NCBI RefSeq assembly: GCF_006345805.1
Contig: NW_021834912.1
Coordinates: 1-44,350 of the forward strand
Length of the DNA: 44,350 nt
From: Octopus sinensis
Lineage: Eukaryota
Reading direction: 5' to 3'
In this document: positions 35,850 through 44,350 of the stretch, piece after piece
Layout: each line of letters begins with the position of its first letter
Numbering within the stretch: the first letter of the stretch is position 1
Position numbers and translations under genes: made by a program
Notes under the pieces: model-generated
What the model was told of the DNA's origin: nothing
The model's database searches: none
The model's input: the letters and a program-made list of their open reading frames with translations, nothing else

Positions 35850-37679
35850 ATGGAAGACCAGACTGAAAATACTTTAAGGAAACTATCCCTCAGAAATTGG
35901 CTTTGAGTTACTCAACACCAAAAGGGATGAGAAGGAGTTGACCATCAAAGGTGTAAATATGTGGAGAGACGACGGTTCAGGGAGAGAAATGTCCGAGAAA
36001 CGAGCTTCATCTCAGCCAAACAAAACATAAAAGACATAAAGGAGACCCTAAAAACTGGGAAATAATGGGAAGACGAAATATTTTTGACAAACACATATTT
36101 TATACAAGATTCAATGCCTATGAGGCACAAATTGATTTGTTGATAAATTCTCGGAAAGAAATATGTACTTTTTAAAAAGAATAGGAATGGATGAAAATAC
36201 TTTTCTAAAACATTTTACAAGAGAATAGAAATTCTGACGAGACAAGACATTAAAAAAAAACGATTACAATCAAGAATTTATAATTTTGGAAAACTAGAAT
36301 TGTTCCTGGAACAAACTATATACAAAGAAATATTCTACAAGACAAACACAAAACATTGAAGCACCAAAAATAATCACAAAATTTCGGCCCTCTTCAGCCA
36401 GTTGTGACTAGAGAAGCAAACATTGAGGATCTGGAGAAGAATTGAAGAAGAAATCCCAATAATATCCAATATTGTCATCATAGAGGAGGGAGTGTGACAT
36501 ATAGACTTGATGACATATTCCCACAATTGCAAGATAATAAGTTTAGTAACAAGAGACAGTGACAGAATTGATGTCCATTGTCCATCTTCTGTGACCAGTT
36601 TCACAAGAATCAGTGAAGACATGGTTCTGGCAACCCTCCCCTTCCATGAAATGATTCTTATTATCAGCCCCAAAACCTTCAAGATCAAAAGGATACAGTT
36701 GTGGGTTACATATGGTGAGTTACTTGGAAGATTCTACACTTATAGGTGTAGAAATGTTTGGTAAGATAGTTTACCATTTGATTGGGAGGAGGATAATACC
36801 ATTAACTATCATTTATTACCAAAGAAGAAACCCCTACAGATATTGCTGTAGGGGTCCAGAATATACTTGTAATTACATTCGCCAGCATCAACAGAGTAAT
36901 CTGTTACAAACTGGATGGCCAACAGTTATGGGAGGTAGAGACCCATTCTCTGCACCTCCCAAGTAAAATCTCTCTCTACCAAAATATTTCTATGTCCTCC
37001 AGGGACAAATAATTTATAGGATTTCAGCTAATGGTGTGTGACAAGGAGGGACATTGGCAGGAAATGCCGCTCTATTTCTGTTGGTAAAGATACCATTTTG
37101 GTAACAGATTATTGCGGCAAACCACATGGTATTCAAATGATAAAGAATCCCAAGAGTTTGCCCAACCTGTCATACAACAACCAGCTACATACCCCCAGTT
37201 TAAAAGACTATATTGATATTGAGGATTGCTACAACATTACAAATATTCTACCTATGTCTACATCTTCTATATTTAATTTACAAAACAAGAAAGCTAAATT
37301 ATTCACTGATAACGGGGAAATAATTAACCAAAATAATTCAGTTTTCCTTGAGCTTCCTTCTTTCTTGTGTAGAATAAACGCAAACAGATTCCTGGTATTT
37401 TATCCTGAAATGAAAGGTTTCAGTATATCACCTGTCCTGAACTAAGAAAAGGCCCTTTAATAAAGGTGCAAACTGGTTACATGAAAATATGTATATTGTA
37501 TCAAATAAGTGTCTAGCTGTGACCACCACTGAAAACAAAAGCGAGGTCCATATCCTCTTGATCAACGAAGATAAAGTTGACATTGACATGCAGAAAGAAT
37601 TTCTCTGGGACATCATAATGTCAGCATTACTGCAACTCCAATTATTTTGTAGTGTAGATGGAAACGAAACGAAAATAAA
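35850..37679 (+). pseudogene. Frameshifted 5' extension of the multi-propeller gene (possible coiled-coil N-terminus plus about two propeller modules)
   Basis: An acceptor-like TTCTTTACAG (35833-35842) precedes an ATG at 35850. Fragments in all three frames resemble the downstream ORF: SSVTSFTRISEDMVLATLP, PTDIAVGVQNILVITFASINRVICYKLDGQQLW, SISVGKDTILVTDY, LPSFLCRINANRFLVFYP and KCLAVTTTENKSEVHIL. Confidence 0.7.
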
Positions 37680-40600
37680 ATGGTATTTTATTCCACATGT
37701 GGTGAAGAACTTTTTCAAAATTACCTTCCATTCTATGGCTACCCTCATCACATCTACTCTGATAATGTTTATTTCTATGTCCTCTTCAGGAGACACTCTA
37801 TTCTCAGATGTTATGATCTATATGGACAAATGAAATGGCAGTGGGAACTGCCTTTCCCTGTTCACCCTCACATTGCTGTTTTCCAAGGAACTCTTTATGT
37901 CCCGGACGCTCAACTCAACAGGGTTCTTCTTTACAAGTATCAAGACCGGTCGTCTGGCGGTCTTTTACCCATTAAAAATCCTTACATCAGAAATCTAAAT
38001 CTACGACTCAAAGAAAAGGAGAATGACCAAAAACTTGTAATTGGCGAAATATGTAATCTGTCCAATGGACAGTTGGTGGTTTCTGACATCAACCATGATT
38101 GCTTGTTGTATATTTCTGAGGAAGGAGACATTGTGTCCAGATTATCTCTGCCGTCTACAGCCACAGATATATGTCGATGGGATTCTAATCATATAGGGGT
38201 CACATTACCCCTACAGAAACAATTAAGGGTCATCGGAAACCTATCAAAGAGAGTGAGAAGTGTATCATTTAGGCAGCCTTATGTACGGGTGTGTAAGATG
38301 GGTGAATGTGAAATTGTTTGTTATTGTGATAAACCATCACATTTAGATATTTTAGCCATCAATTATTATAATCAAGTTGAAGGAATTAAGACAATTAATA
38401 TCCCTGTGTTTGTAAAATCATTATCAATAGACAAGAAAACAGAAAAGCTATTAATTGTTACTAGGGGAAAAGCTTTTCAGTACAACACTAGAATAGGTGG
38501 TGGTGGTCGTGGAGGTCGTCAGATGGTTCCCAGTGTTTTAATGTCCCAAGTGAAACGTCCCCTCAGTCTCCAAGGTGGATCTATTGACCAAACGTCTGTT
38601 TATCTGATAGACAGAAGCCGTATGTTTGCCATAAACGATCAGAATTTGTTGGTTAATGATCTCGTTACTAATAATCAACTTAATTATTATATCGACCTGG
38701 TGGATGTATTTTCCAGACACATTTCTCTCAGTGAAATGTTGTCTTCCACTTTATATCTACAGGACCTGACAGTTTCTGATAAAGCCAGACATATTCCTCT
38801 CCCTAAACATTTGGGAGACAAAGAACCAGCGTGGATTAATCGTTTGGTTCTTACTGAAAATAATCTGATTGCAGGATGGGACGGGGGGAATAGAAACATT
38901 AAGATATTCACATTGGATGGTCACCTTATGGATTCAATCAAAGTGAATGTTTATAGAGATATTAAAATGTGTCGATGGCAGTCAAACACACTGGTCATTA
39001 CGAATTGGGATTATTTTGATGATAATAAACACCAACTGTTGACATTAAAAGTGGAATTTCCATTGTCGTTGGTAATTTACAAAACGAGAAATAAATATAA
39101 ATGTGTGGCTTCTTTATCAAACAATCAATTGGTTTTGAGTGAAAGTGGAGATGTAAGACGTTTGCATTTTGTTGATATTGATGAAATACATTCGAATGTG
39201 AAGGAAATAAAAAAAATAGACATACCTGAACCATTAATAAGGAGAAGAGAAGATGGAGATTATTCTGATATAATCCGGGATATTAAAGTTACTGATGAAG
39301 ATGTCATCATTGTCTTAAACTGGAGATTCATCATTTTCTTCAACAGTGGTGGTCAATATTTACATTCAGTCAGACACTACATGGAGGATTATGTTGGTGT
39401 TGACACGATGACAATCGATGACAGTTTTTTGTACATTTATGGTTATTGGGAGAAATATTTAGGTTCAACTGGATATAAAAACATTTTGTGTTTGACCCAG
39501 AATGGGGAATACAAGAGAATATTTTTAAATAAAAGGATTTATAAAGATGAAGTAGAATTCTCCAGTATAGACTGTAAAGGACCAAGGTTTGTTGGAAGCC
39601 CCAGGATGGGAAGGAGAGAGAATGAATTGTATGTTGAAGGGTTGTTTATGGTGAATCGAGACAGCTTCCCGGTTGCTCGTTTACAAACAGACGAATGTCC
39701 TGTTCAAGTAAAAGATTTTGATGTCTCTGAGGAAGGAAAGACAGTTGTGTGTGAAAAAGCCAATAATGGAAATGTTAAAATATTCGATGAAGACGGCCAG
39801 TTGCTATGTCACAGAAATGTTGCAAGTTTAGTTGGTGGTGTGTGTTTTACACAAGAATCACACATAATGGCCACGGTTCCTAAAAGGAAAGAAATATTTC
39901 AACTGAATGGAGAAGATTTGCAGACATCTCAAGTTTGGTCGAGTCTCATCCCTTATGGTGTAATATGGAGAAAAGTGGCGGGTATTTACTGGTGTGTACA
40001 TAATGAATTGATTGAATGTCATTGCATAAAGATTGATGGGGACCAAGTGAACATTCTGGAATCTGTGTCGTCATTAAATCTTGATTCTGGTCTTCGTTTC
40101 CCTTCCATTACATCTGAAACGAACAAGGAAATATTCAGTAATGAATTAATTAATAAATTGGAATACAGAGGAGGAGATGGAGATGGAGGAGGAAGAAGAA
40201 GAGGTAAATCAGGTGAAATAATTGGTAAAGGTAGATTAAAGGTGAGATGTGGTAATTACATAGCGGAGATTAATAATTCAGGAATTGATGAAATATCAGT
40301 GAGGAGACTTCCATATAGGACAGCAATGGTCCCTTTTTCCATTCCTGCATTCGAGGAACCTGTTGATTATGATTTGAGGGACATTAGGGACCGGAACAGT
40401 AAACTAATTAAGTTAGATGAGAATGTGAGTGTGTTGATGTTTCGAGAAAGTGTCACATTAATCAGAACAACAACAACAACAACAGTGGACATACTTCAAC
40501 ATGAACAACAACAACGACCACCACTGGACATATGTCGGTGGACAGAGGAATGTTTCATTGTCGCCTTTGGGAGAGAAATGAGGGTCTTCAACAGGGATCT

Positions 40601-41339
40601 CCGTCGTTTAAAAACCATCAGAACTGAGAAATACTACAACAGGATTTATAAATACAACGACAATCAACTCGTGTGTGGTGGTCATTATATTAGAGACATA
40701 ACTCAAGAAGAGAGACACAAGAAATACAAAAGAATATGGAGAAACAACAAGTATTACTATTATTGCAAAGACCCTGACATCTTTGACCCTTATTATGTGG
40801 ATGTGGTTGATTTTGAAGATGGGAAATGTAAAGATGAAGTGTGTCGTGGGAAGATGGGGAGATATGGAAGGTTTGAGGGAGATGAAGGGGTGGATGATGT
40901 GGGAGTCACATCTTTTGGTGATGTTGTTGTTGTGAGGTGGGAGATGAAGGAGGAGCAGTGGTCTGGATCGGGGGATATTTTGTGTTTTGTGGAATGGTTC
41001 AGGGAAAAGTCTTTGGTGAGGAGGATAAGAATAGAAGGAGGAAGGTTTTATGTTCTGGAAGAATATATTCCAAGACCTCGTCTGACCATAATTGGTGAAT
41101 GTGTTTATATAACAGATACAAGAAACAATATTTACGAAATACCTCGACATATTGAAGAGGAAACATCTGAAGATGATGAAATCCTGGGATTAAAAGATAA
41201 TCCAAAATATTTACTCCTCAGACGGGATGATAATGAAGTCTCTGAAGTTCTTGGTTTGGATGTTTCAGACAATTCTTTGATGGTTTTTGGAATTATTCCT
41301 GGACCTCAATCTTTTGCTTTCTTTTATTTTGACAAATAA
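37680..41339 (+). CDS. Intronless 1219-codon ORF: tandem NHL-like/six-bladed beta-propeller protein (TRIM-NHL-related, uncharacterised)
   Basis: A very long ORF in repeat-free DNA. It has NHL-like blades (PHIAVFQGTLYVPDAQLNRVLLY, ICNLSNGQLVVSDINHDCL, FDVSEEGKTVVCE..NGNVKIFDEDGQLL) and a recurring module landmark (DICRW, KMCRW, GGVCF, DICRW). No RING, B-box or signal peptide is visible. Confidence 0.8.
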   Translation: MVFYSTCGEELFQNYLPFYGYPHHIYSDNVYFYVLFRRHSILRCYDLYGQMKWQWELPFPVHPHIAVFQGTLYVPDAQLNRVLLYKYQDRSSGGLLPIKNPYIRNLNLRLKEKENDQKLVIGEICNLSNGQLVVSDINHDCLLYISEEGDIVSRLSLPSTATDICRWDSNHIGVTLPLQKQLRVIGNLSKRVRSVSFRQPYVRVCKMGECEIVCYCDKPSHLDILAINYYNQVEGIKTINIPVFVKSLSIDKKTEKLLIVTRGKAFQYNTRIGGGGRGGRQMVPSVLMSQVKRPLSLQGGSIDQTSVYLIDRSRMFAINDQNLLVNDLVTNNQLNYYIDLVDVFSRHISLSEMLSSTLYLQDLTVSDKARHIPLPKHLGDKEPAWINRLVLTENNLIAGWDGGNRNIKIFTLDGHLMDSIKVNVYRDIKMCRWQSNTLVITNWDYFDDNKHQLLTLKVEFPLSLVIYKTRNKYKCVASLSNNQLVLSESGDVRRLHFVDIDEIHSNVKEIKKIDIPEPLIRRREDGDYSDIIRDIKVTDEDVIIVLNWRFIIFFNSGGQYLHSVRHYMEDYVGVDTMTIDDSFLYIYGYWEKYLGSTGYKNILCLTQNGEYKRIFLNKRIYKDEVEFSSIDCKGPRFVGSPRMGRRENELYVEGLFMVNRDSFPVARLQTDECPVQVKDFDVSEEGKTVVCEKANNGNVKIFDEDGQLLCHRNVASLVGGVCFTQESHIMATVPKRKEIFQLNGEDLQTSQVWSSLIPYGVIWRKVAGIYWCVHNELIECHCIKIDGDQVNILESVSSLNLDSGLRFPSITSETNKEIFSNELINKLEYRGGDGDGGGRRRGKSGEIIGKGRLKVRCGNYIAEINNSGIDEISVRRLPYRTAMVPFSIPAFEEPVDYDLRDIRDRNSKLIKLDENVSVLMFRESVTLIRTTTTTTVDILQHEQQQRPPLDICRWTEECFIVAFGREMRVFNRDLRRLKTIRTEKYYNRIYKYNDNQLVCGGHYIRDITQEERHKKYKRIWRNNKYYYYCKDPDIFDPYYVDVVDFEDGKCKDEVCRGKMGRYGRFEGDEGVDDVGVTSFGDVVVVRWEMKEEQWSGSGDILCFVEWFREKSLVRRIRIEGGRFYVLEEYIPRPRLTIIGECVYITDTRNNIYEIPRHIEEETSEDDEILGLKDNPKYLLLRRDDNEVSEVLGLDVSDNSLMVFGIIPGPQSFAFFYFDK

Positions 41340-41401
41340 ATATTTCCAGAAATATTAAACTTCAATCTTCTTCTTCTTATTATTGTTGTTGTTGTTGTAA
41401 A

Positions 41402-41456
41402 TGGCTTCGCCCGGGAATCGAACCTGCATCGCATACATTGCATTCTACACACTAAC
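41402..41456 (-). other. tRNA-like fragment (T-arm/B-box and 3' acceptor half); pseudogene or SINE head
   Basis: The minus strand reads GTTAGTGTGTAGAATG...GCAGGTTCGATTCCCGGGCGAAGCCA. The B-box is perfect, but there is no matching 5' acceptor strand. Confidence 0.45.
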
Positions 41457-41718
41457 ACTTATTGTTGTAACATTCCTCAACACTCTCTCTTTGTGTGTGT
41501 GTGTATATTTATGTACAGTATATGTACATGTGTTTATATATATATACACACATATTTAGGAATGTATGTATAGAAATAAGGCTATAAGTATGTATGTTTG
41601 TGTGTGTATATGTGTATGTGTATATATATATATATATATACGCATGCATGTATGTATAGGAATGTCTGGTCCGAAAGCAGAGACTTTCATAATCATTGAT
41701 CCTCCATTAAAAGGCAGA

Positions 41719-41769
41719 CGACAACCGCCGCCGCCTCCACCATCATCATCATCATCGTCGCCATCATCG

Positions 41770-41815
<46 letters not shown>

Positions 41816-41842
41816 TATCATCATCATCATCGTCGTCATCAG
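41719..41842 (+). repeat. (CCG)n/(TCA)n trinucleotide repeat
   Basis: Directly visible. Confidence 0.95.
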
Positions 41843-42019
41843 CGTTGTGTGTGCGTGTGTGCAGTCTGCATCTGACAGTTTTTAACGTTTAATAAGAATA
41901 GATTGTTGTTGTTGTTGTTGTTGCAGTGACATTCCAACTGCACACACGCACAAACATTGCCTTTCGTCCTCGTAGGGTTGTTGTTGTTGTTGTTGTTGTT
42001 GGGGGTTCATAAAAAAAGA

Positions 42020-42360
42020 GAAGGACACTTTAAGAAGCATTCAGTAAAAGCTTTCCCATAGCTGGTCATTTTTCATGCTAGAAATAGAAACCACTTTACT
42101 TTTCATATAAAATTTGAAGGACAGATAAGAAGCATTCATAAATAAAATTGACCTGTATATGGTCTCATTTCATGCTAGAAAGAGCCACAAAAACCTTCAC
42201 ATTTTTGTTTCATCACAAATAAAAATCGAAGGACAATTTGCAAAGCATCCATGTCAAATATTGTCCTATAGATGGCCTAACATCATGCTAGAAATAACAG
42301 CCAAATACTCTGAAATTTGTATCGTTTGTCATAAAAAAAGTGAAGGACACTTTAAGAAGC
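42020..42360. repeat. ~96-114-bp tandem repeat (about 3.3 units) with a CATGCTAGAAA core
   Basis: GAAGGACA recurs at 42020, 42116, 42228 and 42342. Each of the first three units contains TCATGCTAGAAA. Confidence 0.8.
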
Positions 42361-43001
42361 AACTCCGAAAATATTGTCCTGCGGCGATTTAAGTGTAAAA
42401 TATTATAAAAGTATGCATCTATGAGTTTTATGTGTTTAAAAAACATAGCAAAGACCTGTGTGTATATGTAGGTATATACATGTGTATAAAGGTATTTTTG
42501 CATAAAAATGGGTATTTTTGAATGAAATTTGGTAGAAATAACTTTCAAGCGATGCAGATTACGATTAAAAAGAAATTTGTTGGCAAAATGTTTTGTAAGG
42601 GTTCGAGGGAAAAAGTGTGTGATTTAAGGGAGATTTGGCTGTTGTTTCTAGCACACCACCCTCCTTGTCTTCTTTTTTTTATCATTTTTTCCCTGAGAAA
42701 CACATTTATGTTATAAAAAAATAAAAAGAATATTTTAAAAATCTCTGATTATTTTTAGCCCCACTTCCTGGCCCCCAATTCTTTCTCTTTATATAATTGT
42801 AAAATATTGGAGAGCCTGAGAAGATTCTTGTTGGGATTTATCCACAGGGATTTAAATAAGAGCTTTGTAAAAGAGGATTTCTTTTGAGAGCATGCTTTTT
42901 TGTTAGAAAATGAAAGTGGAAGTTTCATTAAAAATATCCATTTTCCTGGAAGTTATGAGGAAACAAAGTCGATGGGGTGTTCATCTGTAGTTATGCCACA
43001 G

Positions 43002-43042
<41 letters not shown>

Positions 43043-43262
43043 CTGTAGAAATGTAGGTGTGTATATATATATATTATATGTATGTGTGTTTGTGTATACA
43101 TTTATTCATGTATATGTACAAGTTTAAAAAAGAAATATCAAAAGATGTTGGAATATTTGAGGTATTGGATAATTTCCGACTCAGGATTGCCAATACATTT
43201 ATATAGGAATATAAATATACATCATTATTATACGTAGCCTTCTTGCACACACATAAGCATAC

Positions 43263-43400
43263 CTCGAAGAAAAGACGACGGGTAAATCCATCTGTGACAA
43301 CCCATGCTTAAGGGTGTCTGGTGATATTTCTGGTCTGGTATCACACAAACCGCCCAGTCTGGAGTCTCTCTATAACTTCTGCCGCTTCCCGTTCAATTGT
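43263..43400 (-). other. Candidate first exon of a minus-strand host gene
   Basis: ATG at 43305 in a good Kozak context (AGCATGG) encodes MGCHRWIYPSSFLR. It is followed by the donor GAG|GTATGC (intron from 43262). An acceptor TTTGTTTCCTCATAACTTCCAG lies at 42946. Confidence 0.35.
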
Positions 43401-43408
43401 TTCTACTT

Positions 43409-43421
43409 GTTGCCTAGCAAC
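43409..43421. promoter_or_regulatory. RFX X-box-like palindrome
   Basis: GTTGCCTAGCAAC matches GTNRCC-N(0-3)-RGYAAC. It sits in a CpG-richer unique patch. Confidence 0.5.
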
Positions 43422-43454
43422 GCTAATTTGAATGACAAAAAACGTGGAGAAAAA

Positions 43455-43463
43455 GGCGGGAAA
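43455..43463. promoter_or_regulatory. E2F-like site
   Basis: GGCGGGAAA (TTTCCCGCC), about 35 bp from the X-box. Confidence 0.3.
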
Positions 43464-43923
43464 TTTAGACAAAACTTTGTCTAAATTAATTATTTAAAAT
43501 CAAAGAGACATTGTCAGCATTTTTATGAATTAAATAATGTTAAAAGACATTAAGGTCTCACAATTAAGTCATTAATTAGGAATTATAATTAATTTGGACG
43601 TGAAAAAGAAAGGAAAACTAACGGATGTGTGTATATGTATGTATTTATGTATGTACATAAGCAGGTAAATATTTATATATGTAAGTGTGTATGAATATTT
43701 ACATACGTCTATAGAGAGAGAAAGGGGGAGAGAGAGGGTGGAGTATTACACATGTATACACATAAGACGAATGATGTCTGGGGTGTGTATCGGTGTGTCT
43801 GTGTGTGTGTATACACGCCTGTTTATGTTTGTGCGTGTGTGTGTATTTATGTGTGATGTTGTGTGTGTGTGTGTGTATCCGGGAACGTCACTTTCTGCCT
43901 CTCTCTCTATATCTGACTGTCTC

Positions 43924-43976
<53 letters not shown>

Positions 43977-43979
43977 ATA

Positions 43980-44052
<73 letters not shown>

Positions 44053-44159
44053 GTCTGTTTGACTCTCTCCCCTATCTATCTAGCCATCTCTCTCTCTCTA
44101 TCTGTCTATCTTTTTATGAATATATCTATTTATGCATATATATATATATATATATATCC

Positions 44160-44330
44160 TTTTACTCTTTTACTTGTTTCAGTCATTTGGCTGCGGCCAA
44201 GCTGGAGCACCGCCTTTAATCGAGCAACTCGATCCCGGGACTTTTTCTTTTGTACGCCTAGTACTTATTCTATCGGACCGTTTTGCCGACCCGCTAGTAA
44301 CGGGGACGTAAACATCGGTTGTCAAACACA
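44160..44330 (-). mobile_element. SINE family A tail, antisense
   Basis: TTACTTGTTTCAGTCATTTGGCTGCGGCCAAGCTGGAGCACCGCC...CATCGGTTGTCAA. Confidence 0.8.
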
Positions 44331-44350
44331 GACACACTCATATATATATA

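Noticed and set aside
37680-41339. Assigning a gene symbol such as TRIM71, TRIM2/3 or wech
   Set aside because: No RING, B-box or filamin domain is visible, and only a general NHL-like blade pattern is recognisable.
41566-41892. 108-aa ORF with poly-P and poly-S
   Set aside because: It is fully explained by the (CCG)n/(TCA)n and dinucleotide repeats.
43141-43200. Minus-strand CTGAG...TACCTCAAATATTC, a possible third hammerhead remnant
   Set aside because: The core and stem II are incomplete, and it would need several assumed edits.
1562-44062. Dozens of ORFs rich in YI, HT, CV, LS or RE dipeptides
   Set aside because: They are translations of (TA)n, (CA)n, (TATC)n and (GA)n microsatellites, which lack stop codons in some frames.

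Overview
AT-rich, repeat-dense animal genomic DNA. It is probably an octopod cephalopod, which I infer from the SINE, RTE and microsatellite repertoire rather than from any search. Main contents: (1) two 5'-truncated RTE-clade LINE copies carrying a Cys/His PHD-like finger, plus orphan copies of their 3' tail. (2) A near-identical ~8-9 kb duplication (about 1.9-9.5 kb and 12.0-20.95 kb, offset ~11.3-11.5 kb). Each copy holds an older ~1.5-1.9 kb triplication built on a GGCTGCTATTTCTAGC motif. (3) A Penelope-like retroelement (RT plus truncated GIY-YIG) at the duplication junction, and two degenerate minimal hammerhead-ribozyme motifs. (4) Many tRNA-derived SINEs, small DNA-transposon remnants and microsatellites, which explain most ORFs in the track. 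(5) The best host-gene candidate: an apparently intronless + strand gene at about 35.85-41.34 kb. It seems to encode about six tandem NHL-like beta-propeller modules, with an intact 1219-codon 3' part and a frameshifted 5' third. (6) A possible minus-strand promoter and first exon at about 43.3-43.5 kb (RFX X-box, E2F-like site), which could put the propeller gene inside an antisense intron. All alignments and counts were done by eye, and repeat boundaries are approximate.
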